Below are positions 24,052 through 35,542 of a stretch of 51,380 nucleotides of DNA, piece by piece. Both the position numbers and the translations under genes were made by a program. Under the pieces are notes generated by a model. The model made no database searches. It was not told the origin of the DNA and worked only from the letters and a program-made list of their open reading frames with translations. Where the stretch lies: positions 1 to 51,380 of the forward strand of contig JAQGDQ010001261.1 of NCBI GenBank assembly GCA_030141605.1. Direction: 5' to 3'. Every line of letters begins with the position of its first letter. Positions within the stretch are counted from its first letter, which is position 1. Origin of the DNA: Tubiluchus corallicola (taxonomy: Eukaryota; Animalia; Priapulida).

Positions 24052-27033
24052 CTATCGAATACTATTTTCGTGAGCGATCTTAACATTTTCACATGATGGC
24101 TTCATGTGAATATTAAAATGAGTTTTTAAAGTACTTAGTCGTGCAAAATTTGCTCCACATTGGTCACACATGTAGGGTCTTTCCCCTGTGTGAATTCTCA
24201 AATGTTTTTTTAAACAACCTGACCGTATAAAAGCAGCATCACAATAGGTACATAAAAAAGGCTTCTCTTTTGTATGAATCCTATAATGAGATTTTAGATG
24301 GCCGGAGACGGAAAAAGCTGCCTGGCATTCACTGCATTTAAATGGCTTTTCACCTGTATGTGTACGATTGTGCTGCTTTAAAGAACTTGACTGCGCAAAC
24401 GCAGCATTACACTGAGTGCATTTATAAGGCTTTTCTCCAGTGTGAATTCTCTTATGCTTCTTCAAACCAGTTGAATCCAGAAAAGCAGCTTTGCATGTCT
24501 CACACTTATAAGGCTTTTCTCCTGTATGAGTCCTTAGATGACACTTGAAGCTAGTTGGATATGTAAATGTGGCAGAACACAGAGAGCACTTAAATGGCTT
24601 TTCTGCCAAGTGACTTCTAAGATGGCATTTTAGATTACTTGATGAAGCAAAAACAGCTCCACACTGAGAACACTGAAAAGGTTTTTCGCCTGTGTGAGTT
24701 CTGATATGACGCTTTAGCTGAGACGAAGACCCAAAAAATTTCCCACACTCATCGCATTTCAATGATTTTCTGAGATTGTGAGTCTTGACATGTGCTTTTA
24801 ACTTGTGCTTATGTGTAAAAGGCAGCTCACATTGAGGACATTTGTAGTTTTGCACATCAGGTTCTGAACGGTATCCAGAACAAGCACTTTGCTGGTTTTT
24901 TGTACAAATGTAAGATTTTGAATTCAGTTCATTCTGATTAAAGGCACTATCCGCGGAACTACTTGGCACTGTTGGTACTAACGGGTCATCACTTAGTTTA
25001 CAAATAAGTTCATCTGTATTTGTTCTTTCAGTGCCACTGTTAATGACCATTGCTGATGCGGAAGAGCTTTCTACATGAATCTTAAGATGACTCTTAAGAG
25101 TACCTGATCGGCCAAAACCGGCTTCGCATAGGTGACATTTAAAAGGCAGCTCCCTTGTGTGAATTTTTTCGTGCGCCTTTAAATGACTAGAGTGAGAAAA
25201 AGCTGCCTCACAACCGCTGCACTTATATGGTTTTTCTCCAGTATGAATTCTTACGTGGGTTTTTAATGCAGTGAGTACAGGAAAAGTAGCCTTGCATTCC
25301 TCACACTTATATGGTTTTTCACCTGTGTGGGTTTTAAGGTGATACTTGAAAGAGCTTGCCCATGAAAAAGCTGCATTGCATTCACTACACTTAAAGGGTT
25401 TTTCTCCAGTGTGAGTCCTAATATGATCTTTCAAATTGTTTGCTAAGGCAAAAGCAGCTTTACACTCACCGCATTTAAAAGGTTTTTCTCCAGTATGGAT
25501 TCGATAGTGGCGTTCAAAAATTGACAAACACTTGAAGGTCTTCTGGCATTCACTGCATTTAAATGGGTCTTTCCTCCGAGTATTTACTTTTAAATTTACT
25601 TTCGAAGGACGCTTTTTGGTAAATGACAAGTCACACTTGCTGCTGCTAAGCTGGTCTCCTTTCTTAGACACAGTTAACTGATCACTGCCGGTTGAAATAA
25701 GCAGACTATCCCGAAAATGTGGGCTAGAATTCTCTAGTGTGAGCTTGCTCTTATAAACAGGTAGTTCGACAGTTTGGCTCTCAATTACACCAGGTGTTGT
25801 TTCTATTTTTGGCTCAGTCTTAATAACTATTCCATTAACATCATCTTGAGTGCTTGTTCCCTTGCATATCCCAGGTATTACTTCAATGCTCGGTTCAGTC
25901 TTAATAACTGTTTCTTTACTTTTATCAACTAGCAAAAGTGTTTTGTCATGAAGCTTAAGGTGTTTTTTCAATGCAACAAGCCGAGAAAAAGCGGCCGTAC
26001 ATTGAGTGCAGTGAAACACGTCATTTGAATGTGTCTGATAATGAGACTTCAAATGACCTGAATGAATAAAAGCAGCTTGACATTTATCACACTTAAATGG
26101 TTTCACACCTGTGTGCATTAGTATATGACGTTTTGCATCACTTGATTGAGAAAAAGCAGCATCGCACTGAGTACATTTATAAGGCCGCTCTCCAGTGTGA
26201 ATTCTTAAGTGTATTTTCAGTTTAGTTGAATCAACAAAAGCAGCTGCGCATTCTCCGCACTTAAAAGGTTTAATTCCAGCATGTACTCTGAGATGATGTT
26301 TTAACGAACTTGACCATGTAAAAGCAGCACCACATTTGTCACATCTAAAAGGCTTGTCTCCTGTGTGAAGTCTTTGATGCTCTCTTAGATTGTTGGATGA
26401 AGCAAAAACTGATTCGCACTCAGTACATTTGAAGGGTTTTTCTCCTGTGTGAGTTCTGAAATGACCTTTTAGAGTCGATGCATATCTAAACACCTTATTA
26501 CATTCAATACATTGAAATGGTTTCTTTACTGAGTGCGTTCTTAAATGTGCCTTCAACTTGTGATAATCGCTAAATGGCAATTCACAATGATGGCTCTCGC
26601 CACTGAGATCTGTAAAAGTCATATCATTGCAACTGGCTGCATTCAACTGATTCTCATCAAACTTCATCTTAGGATTCATAAGAGCAACTTGACCGTCACA
26701 GCTAAGACTGGAAGACAGAATAAATGTGGATAATGACATGTCAGATTTTATTAAATTTTGATCATCTGCTGGTTCTGTAGACTTGCTGGCAGAAACATTA
26801 GTATAATGCGCATCATCATCTGACGAATCATGTGCATCTAATTGTCCTTGTCTGCTTCCTTCAGTTTCATGATTCAATAAACCCTTGTATTCACTTTTTA
26901 AAGCAGGCTCAATGTTAGCTGTCTTTTCGTCTGTTACACTTTCCACAAATTTGCGCAGTTTATCTAAAGCACAGTCTGTAGTGTCCAGGAATGACAAAGA
27001 TTTGTGATTGCGGGGGTTGCCAGTTTCCTCCAT
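24052..27033 (-). CDS. C2H2 zinc-finger protein, ~993 aa, 22 fingers plus 1 degenerate finger in three clusters
   Basis: Uninterrupted ORF with CxxC...HxxxH fingers and TGEKP linkers. First ATG at 27033 (MEETGN). Splice acceptor at 27089-27090; the frame is open up to it, so an upstream coding exon is possible. Confidence 0.95.
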   Translation of the reverse strand: MEETGNPRNHKSLSFLDTTDCALDKLRKFVESVTDEKTANIEPALKSEYKGLLNHETEGSRQGQLDAHDSSDDDAHYTNVSASKSTEPADDQNLIKSDMSLSTFILSSSLSCDGQVALMNPKMKFDENQLNAASCNDMTFTDLSGESHHCELPFSDYHKLKAHLRTHSVKKPFQCIECNKVFRYASTLKGHFRTHTGEKPFKCTECESVFASSNNLREHQRLHTGDKPFRCDKCGAAFTWSSSLKHHLRVHAGIKPFKCGECAAAFVDSTKLKIHLRIHTGERPYKCTQCDAAFSQSSDAKRHILMHTGVKPFKCDKCQAAFIHSGHLKSHYQTHSNDVFHCTQCTAAFSRLVALKKHLKLHDKTLLLVDKSKETVIKTEPSIEVIPGICKGTSTQDDVNGIVIKTEPKIETTPGVIESQTVELPVYKSKLTLENSSPHFRDSLLISTGSDQLTVSKKGDQLSSSKCDLSFTKKRPSKVNLKVNTRRKDPFKCSECQKTFKCLSIFERHYRIHTGEKPFKCGECKAAFALANNLKDHIRTHTGEKPFKCSECNAAFSWASSFKYHLKTHTGEKPYKCEECKATFPVLTALKTHVRIHTGEKPYKCSGCEAAFSHSSHLKAHEKIHTRELPFKCHLCEAGFGRSGTLKSHLKIHVESSSASAMVINSGTERTNTDELICKLSDDPLVPTVPSSSADSAFNQNELNSKSYICTKNQQSACSGYRSEPDVQNYKCPQCELPFTHKHKLKAHVKTHNLRKSLKCDECGKFFGSSSQLKRHIRTHTGEKPFQCSQCGAVFASSSNLKCHLRSHLAEKPFKCSLCSATFTYPTSFKCHLRTHTGEKPYKCETCKAAFLDSTGLKKHKRIHTGEKPYKCTQCNAAFAQSSSLKQHNRTHTGEKPFKCSECQAAFSVSGHLKSHYRIHTKEKPFLCTYCDAAFIRSGCLKKHLRIHTGERPYMCDQCGANFARLSTLKTHFNIHMKPSCENVKIAHENSIR

Positions 27034-27530
27034 TATAATAATCCACGTAATATTACCAGTGATGTAATAATACAGCAATGAATTAGGCCTGCAACAAAAA
27101 AATCAAATCAGTAATAAAATATCATATACAAAAGAAACCACAACTGTATAAGCTTTCAGGCATTAAAAGACTTTTATGAATCTAGGTTCTCAATTGAAAT
27201 GATCAACTTCACCAGAATTTTTACACCGTAGATACAAATCTTGATTCGTTAACACTGTGATCACTGAACTGATACAAATACAGTTGAAATTTTTATTACA
27301 GGATGTGAGCAAAAAACCAGGTTTTGCAATTATTCCCTCTTATTTTGTTATAACACAAATAAATGCTGTTCTAACTGCCTCTTTTGAGATTACATGCACA
27401 AAGCAAAATGCAGTGCCACCTAGTTGCAGTAGAAAGGAAGAATGGTGAACTATGAACTAGAAAAAAAATCACATAATACAGTTTATATTAACCCTTGGCG
27501 TGTGGCATGTGCACGTGTGGAGTGTGCACG

Positions 27531-28030
27531 TGCATGAGTGCATATGTGTGTGCATGTGTATAAATAAAACTAATATTCACTTTCACTACAGAAGGTGGCA
27601 CACTGCTGCCTATGTTTTCCTTGTAAAGGACGGAAGGCGGTAGAGTGCCGCCCGAGCTCAGCACTAAGCGCAGTTACCCAGGTCTGTCTATTTCACTGCT
27701 ACGGCCAAGCAAAAACATCGTACAAAAATTTAACAGCCGTGGGATTGTGGTTGCTTCCCAACAAGTAACATTAACCAGCCAATCAGCATCTGAAGCCAGG
27801 TGCATTCCATAATACTGCACTGTATAGTACGTTCTCATGCAAAATTGCTTGCTGATAGTTTGCTGACAGTGTTTAGTCACTTGTTCTGCATTGCATATTA
27901 TGGATTAGTAATATGACTTTTGTGTAAATTGGCTTCTGTATATAAGTATGTTCTTATTTGAATGGGTGTGCGCGTGCATGCATGCATGAGTGCATATGTG
28001 TGTGCATGTGTATAAATAAAACTAATATTC
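27531..28030. repeat. 48-bp perfect direct repeat pair (27531-27578 and 27983-28030)
   Basis: TGCATGAGTGCATATGTGTGTGCATGTGTATAAATAAAACTAATATTC occurs twice, 452 bp apart. Confidence 0.85.
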
Positions 28031-28819
28031 CATATTAGTGTTTAATTACAAATAGTTATTTGTTTATTTACAAGATTCTGTTTTAGTAACACACCACAAG
28101 AAGTTATTGTGAAATGTGCAAAAACCAGTGTGGCCCTGTTAAAAAGCGACTATGTAGTGTATGGGTTAATCACTAGCTAGAAACATTTCTACTTGTCTAA
28201 AATACTAGGTTTGTGGAAAAAAAATCTTAACAATTAATATAAATAATTGATGCCATTAGAAAAGAAACATGACATCAGCAATTCACGATCCGGTATGTAT
28301 CAGTAATTCAGAAAAATAATCAATATTTTTGAAAAATTTCAATATTTTTATTATTTTTATTTTTAAATCTGCAACCAACTAGATAGTCAGTATGGGAATT
28401 TAAATTTCTGCGTCTTTTGCCATGCTATACTTATCATGAACTATATGAACAACAGAATTTCACATAGAAGACATCTATCCTCTAGCATTTATAACACGAG
28501 AAAACTTAGCTCTCAAAAGTAAATCGCTCATGCATATAATATTGCTTATCAGAATGTCTCACAACTAATAACATTTTGTAGTAATTTTATTTAAATAATT
28601 TTAAATTATTAATATAAAATGAACAAAGAGCATGGACGCTGCCACTAAGGTAAACTCGGCTCAGTTTCTGACCAACCTGTATATCGGGTGCACTATTGGG
28701 GGCAGCCCAAATAGTGCACGATACATGGGCCGGACCAAGTACCGCATTGTGTAGTATATCCGCTGGTGCAGTAAACAGCTACATAGTGCCCAACATAAGT
28801 AAAGAAATAACAGTAAGAG

Positions 28820-29710
28820 AATCAATTCAATTCAAGCTTATTTTGCACAAATACAACCGGGAATCATGACAAAAACATTTTACAAAAAGACAAGTTGGTT
28901 TAAGTATTATACAGACAGAACAGTAAAACTGAAATACTAAAAACTAGGTAACAAATAGAAAACTGATTAAATCAAAACTACTAAGAACTAATAAAAACTT
29001 AATAATAACTAATAACAGATATAAAGTCTTAAATGTAAACTATTAGAACTAATTAAATAACACAAACTAAATTACATGATCATAAGAAAGGTGTTTATCA
29101 AAGCACTACAGATTACCACCAAGGTATAACTGCCTTACCTTATCACATTCATTTAAATATTTTCCAAAAAGAATCTGGATTTGTGTTTAGAAAAAGCTGC
29201 ATTACTGAGTTTACATTACCAAGTAACAAAAGACAGATTATATATTATGTTCATATTTTTGTCTCATATCTTTCTATACAGAGGACAGGTAAAAGGTAAT
29301 GTAGTTTATTTTCTATTAACTTTGAGCGATTCTTGTGACAAAGCAGCCTTGTTTTTTGTTTTTGTACCTACCATGTCCTATTTATAGGTCATGATCATTG
29401 ATACATAATTTTGCAATCTTTTGTCTTTGTTTCTTATTAGATATAATTTTTAAATAATCTTCTAATTCACAATTGATTTTTACATCTCTTAATTTGTTTT
29501 TGCCACCATTTTGTCTAGTATCGTTATGTAGCTCTGAGAAAAATGTTTTTTCATATCCCGAATTGAGATTATTATCGAATTCTTTTATTTTGCGACTCAG
29601 GTATATTTTATCAATTATTGTGTTTGCATTGTATGCTCGAAATCCTGGAAAATTTGCACATTTTGTACAAAGCCGTTTGATTTCTTCTGTAAACTATATA
29701 CATTTTTAAT
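28820..29710 (-). mobile_element. Decayed 3' end of a non-LTR retrotransposon (RTEX-like C-terminus)
   Basis: Minus strand translates ...NKLRDVKINCELEDYLKIISNKKQRQKIAKLCINDHDL*IGHGRYK... then ...HYLFTCPLY, resembling the Cys/His C-terminus of RTEX-type ORF2. (TTGAA)n-like tail at ~28820-28836. Confidence 0.6.
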
Positions 29711-32700
29711 TAGTGTATTTCTTAGTCTTATACGATGTACGCCACTAGAAATAGGACACTTCCACTAAAGCGCATGTGCTAAATTTGTAGAAAAGCAGTG
29801 TAGCGGAATGGGCAGCTTAGGTAGGTCACTGACGATTTCTGTCGAATATCGAGAGTTATGACATCGTTAAACATTAAATTAAATTTGTTTTAGAAAAAAG
29901 TAACTTTATAATAATGATTGATATTTCTTCACAATTTACAAATGTATTTTTTACAATAATATTATCATTATTATTAGCTCCACTAATATCATCATAACAT
30001 TTAAACTAAGTATCTAATGCTTTAAAGAGAGAAACTATGTAGGGCACATAATTCGCTAACCCGTTTACTAAGAAGAAAACAATTATTTGTCCAAGAGTTG
30101 GTGAAATGGATCACGTGTCAGTGTAGTGAGACAAAATAAAAAAATAATATACCTTAGGCAAATGTTGGAATCGCCTAAAAAGCGGACATTTTGCTTCAAA
30201 AAGATTAATATCGATGCCAAATTAAAACTTGGCCCCATTCTACTAGCTCAGAATAAGACTTTTATTGTATCAGATGTTGATAAATTATTCAATGTTTATT
30301 GATGTTTTCTTATTATTAAATAACAAGGACAATGGATGCTGCCAGTACGGTTAACGACTTAATTCTCTATTGCCCTACTTGGGCAGCCCATGTATGACTT
30401 GTCCTACCTGGGCTAGCCCATGATGCCAATTGTCCTATTTCGGTTAGTGTCCTAAACCGCTCCCAACATACGAATCATTTAGAAGATATTTGTAAACAAA
30501 TTCTGATGCTTTGATTAAGATTGAGTATATGTGTAAAGCAGCCCTATAGGCTAAATTGGAAGCACTTCCTCAGACACCTCAAACCCATTTTGAAACTCTG
30601 TTCTGAATGTACTCAAATAGAAAAGGTCCTACATATCTTTAAAAGTTTTTATTGTTGTTAATGTTTGCCTTATGTGGTTATTCAATAAAAGTTTTACATC
30701 AAATTTCAAAGCCATTAAATAATGCTGGTGAGACTAGACTGGTGTACGCTGAAAGCTATGTTGGAAACACATCAAAAGAGTAATGAAATGTTATTGATTT
30801 TAATTTAAATAATGTCCCAATGCTGTTTTTTTCATTGTGTCACTGTACTTTGTAAACGAGCCATGGTTTGTAAAATAAATGGCTTGTTATTTGATGTTTT
30901 TCTGTTTTTAGTAATGCACTGCCACAACAAAAGTGAATATTCAATGTTTTAGTTGATGCTTTAGCCTTTATTTCCAAACATAACTTTAGTTTGGTATGGT
31001 TAATTTGAAATAAGTTCTGTTCTGCATATAAATTGAGGTTGTTGATCTCACTTTGTAGCCGTCCTACAGAAAAGAACTAAGGCCTCAGCATATTGTAAGC
31101 ATTTAATTATAATGTCATGCAAAGTTTGTCAGGAAGAGTGCACCTTGCCTAACTAAAAATATTTTTCCATTGTAAGCTGATCGAATATTGTCAAAATGTT
31201 TGGGTCATCACAATTACCATCATCGTGTGCTCATTACGTCTATTGTAGAAATTAGATGGACAGGATTCTAAAATTTAAAAAAATCTGTTTTTTCTCTATA
31301 ACTTTCACTTTTCAGCAAACATTGAAAAACCAATACCGGAAACCAAGCATATTTTGAAAGTAAAATTTGGGGAAAAGTTCAAGTGATTTTAGCTTCTCTT
31401 GTGACTTTCACTTCGTTATAAACTTACAGAACAGAGCAAAAGCTGCTAAATTCAATAAAAAATGAAACTCACATTGCGTTTATTTTCATGTGCAACAGAT
31501 TTTAGACAAATTATGCAGAATTAATTATTAGTTATTACTGATTATTAATTGTTTGATATAAATATAACCGTTACAATATACAAGAACTGTTAACAGATAT
31601 GGAGAAAAGGAAAGTGAAAGGAAAGTTGGAAAATTATTAGTATGATGTTTGGTTACTGATGGTGTAATGCACAGCTAAATATTTATGCTCGATGATCGTA
31701 TTTGGAATATTAATCTTTTCTGTAGTTTTAAAGATAGAATTTTGTCTATTAGATTAACTAATGTTAGTCATAGTTAAATGTTAGCAATAATTGTAAACTA
31801 TTAAAATAGTTTTAATTAACTCTAGTGGGAACAATTATGCAAAACTCACCTGCCTACCAGCTGCCCGTGTCCGATTCAAGGCACAGTTGCTATTTTAGTA
31901 ACGATTGTAAGTGAACAGACCAACAAAATTTATACACAGTTAGAAAATTAGGAATTCTCTAAAATTTAATGCTATAATTATAAGTTTCTTTATTGGCTAT
32001 TTCCACAGATAAAAGAAATAAAAAAACTCACTTTTTGTATACATAATTGGTTATAATATGCAGTGACATGCCTGTATAATTATATTCTTTATTGAGTGCA
32101 TACGTGCATCTGGGCACGAGTATGAATTGCATGTGTGCCTGACCATGTGGCAAATGAATGGTGAAGATGTGAGATTGCAAGCTAGCATGCATGCACAATT
32201 GCACATGTGAATAAACTTTTACCTGCTATAGCTGACTGATACCTAGGCAGACACATATGCTGCGTAAATGTCAATGTAGTGTGGTTGATCTTTCAACAAT
32301 AATTTTAGTTTTTATTTATGCAGATTATTTACTGTAACGTTGCTGCTCTGTAGCATAAATTACTATGCAACATCAGGTTTTGAATATAAAATGGGTTTTT
32401 CCTAAGACATAATATGGAGAACATGTTCGTTTTTATGTGCAGCGAACCTACATATGTGTATTGCATAAAAAACTAACGTTTACTGTAATACTACGATAAA
32501 CTTCTGAATACATTTTTTTCGGAGATCAGTAAAGCTACTTTTGTTCTTGTTTACACACTCGCTATACTATGTGGTTAAGGCAATTAGTGCTAACAAACAT
32601 CGGCTCAGTAAGGTGCATTAACATCATACAATTATACGTTATGATGTACTTGCAGATGACATAATTGTATATTCAGTTAATGCATGGAACAAAAAAGTCA

Positions 32701-34073
32701 CATTAATGTTAAAAATTATGTGTGCTTGCTTAACGTAATTATACTGCTGTAGTAGTAGTTGTTGTTTTTGTTGTTATTGCTAATAGCTAAGCCATACGTA
32801 ATAATTAAATTTATAAATAATTTTGCTATAATCGTATACGTGTAAGCCTCCTTAATTTTATAGCATGTCCTGTTGGTATAAACTCAAATAAATTACCGAC
32901 TTTATGTATTCATTCGGTGCGCAGGTGTATGCTGATTTCAGTGATAATACAGTGAAGGGAAATGGAGTAACTGCTGCAGTTAGAACATTTCTGTTTCGTC
33001 GTGTTATAAATAATTGGGTGATTCCCACTACTGGCAGGGGATTTAGTGCAGTTCTTTTCCCTGCCGTTCCCTGCCCTGCCACGTACATAATTGTTGCAAA
33101 CTGCATTTGCTTCAAATAATACTGAAATAAATAACTGAGTGAGTAAGGGGTTATATTGTATTGATTTTCGTATTTTTTTTATAGATTTGGGACATCTTTG
33201 CTTGTAGTGGTAGGACACATTTTGCCAATTTTTAAGGAGTGACTGATACAGCCTTGCTGCAAGCGTAACGTAATGTGAAAATTGCTGTATCGTTGCTTCA
33301 AGAAACGTAAAAAGTAAGCCAAAATGTACTAACGGAAAATTGTTGATAATAAGTGACATGCTACTGCCTACCTGGTGCTTTGGTTGAATGGTAAACTCTA
33401 CTATAGCTCCCTTTTTCTACTGTTATTATTTAATTGTTCAATATAAAGAGCGTAGATGTCGTCAAAGTTTTGAGATAAACTTTAAACTATTGTAATTATT
33501 TTGCTGAAAAGCCAAGTAGTAGTCAAATATTGTTTATTTCATCAGGTACAGTGGCACACAGTTTTGTATTTTGAAACAAATACAGTGGAGTAGCATGGAG
33601 GCAGCATGAAAAAAATTCTTATTCTGTCTGGAAATCAGAAGGGTAAAATGCCTGATGCATTTGTTCCAATTGAATGTTCATTTTGCTATATTTATTTAAG
33701 TACAAAATTGTACAGAATAGTACAACTAAATTCATTTATATAAACATATTTATGAGGATTTACAAATATATAAATTTATTTTAGTAACAGGAGAAATAAC
33801 ACTTAAATTTCTGTAAGTTCTTACACATCTACAAATACATATAAAATAATCAATATTGAAACTGTATTTAGCTATTAGTTGGGAACTTTATGGTAAGGAC
33901 GATCAGAAAGTGTTTCCCGGCGAGTAAACAGCCATTGCGCTGTCTATTAAATCAATAAAATGCTTGAATATGTAGAATTTTGTTCAATATAAAATTCTAC
34001 TCTTAGTGTAAATAAATCCCTAGTTTTGCTCTATTGTTTAAGGTAATGATAGTTAAAAATAAAATTAAGTGTA

Positions 34074-34671
34074 CAATCAACCTCGGATATAAGGGATACC
34101 TCCGGACTGAAAAAAACCTTCCCTTGTATCTGATCCTTATAGCCAAAGTTGAGTCAGACCGAGGGTGTACTATACACACCTGCAAGCTCTATATACCTCA
34201 TCTGGTAGCTTAATGTGCAATGAACTGTCTGTCCCAATGTGTGTAATATACCAATTTAATAGAAACACATCCAATCATCTTGAACTGAACACAAAAATCG
34301 ATGTTTATTCAAACTCATCCCAATTACAAGCCATTCTTCTCTGATAGTAGAACTTGAGGTTCTTTATCACTCCACTGTCCATAGGCTGAGTATGTAAGGT
34401 AGTGTTCGCCCGCATGGCGTCTCGGCTTAGGCTTTTTAGGATGTAAAAAATATTTGATCATAGGGTCCATTATGTGAGGTAATTTACTTGGGTTTCTATT
34501 ACACGGGAGCTGAATATATCGTCCCTTATACCCGAAAGTCCTTTATATCCAACTACCTTATATACGAAGATTTTTATTAGGAAAAACATTACGAAAAATC
34601 TGGACTGGTGTTGGTGGTTCCTTATAAGCGAAGTCCCTTATAAGTGAGTACCTTATACCCGAGGTTTACTG
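34074..34671. mobile_element. pogo/Tigger-like MITE, same family as 11707-12172
   Basis: TA|CAATCAACCTCGGATATAAGG...CCTTATACCCGAGGTTTACTG|TA; ends colinear with 11707-12172, middle differs. Confidence 0.85.
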
Positions 34672-35542
34672 TAATTGTATTAGAATTACGTAAAATAAAT
34701 CACACTTTACTTAGTGGCATAACATACAAAAAATGAGTATTCAGAAAAACAAGATTTATTTTGTTATAAAATCATTCTCTTACAAAAAGCAACAAGCTCC
34801 ACTTCTAAACGCCAGTTAGAAAACCAAAATACAACAAGAAGCTGATTTAAATTCGATAACCGTCTCAGCTCCAACTTGATTTTGTATAGAATAAAACAAG
34901 ACACCAACTATCATCAAAGTACACAAACTAATTAACAAAACTAACAATTAACTACATGTTAACTACAATAATAAATTCAAGAATTTGTAAAAATGGACAT
35001 TTCAAAATAACAACACTGAAATAATGCAAATAAAATTGTAGATATGTTTTATTGGTAGTTTTAATTACAGTACAGTCAATTCTAGTTTGTTTGCATATAA
35101 AATTCATTGGTTTACATTAGATTCATATAGTTGAATTCAGTGTTAAAACTTCTGTTTTCTGATAGCAGCCATTTCTGTTGGTATCACATAACTTTTCAAC
35201 TTAAAAATTAAAATGTTCATAGAATCAAAAATATTTGTAGACTTAAAATATAAGTACTCAACTTCTATTAACTTTTGTTTACCTATAGCCTGTTATGATT
35301 TGGTAGGCATACTTCTAACATGAAGAAAATTGCTTTCCTGATGTAGGAGATTGCAGCACATATGAGAAACTGTTTAACTTTAAGGCTTTATAAATTATAG
35401 CCTTAAACTCTATAAGTTGTAGATCTTGGGGCTGTAATTTTTAAAGTTATAGAGTTTAGGGCTTCAATTTTTAAAGAGCCAATGCTATGAGGGTCATATT
35501 ATTAACATTTTTTTTTACAGATAGTCATTCCCTGTGAGTAAA

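Noticed and set aside
32910-33359. 149-aa minus-strand ORF
   Set aside because: No recognisable motif; AT-rich intergenic or intronic context; no other support.
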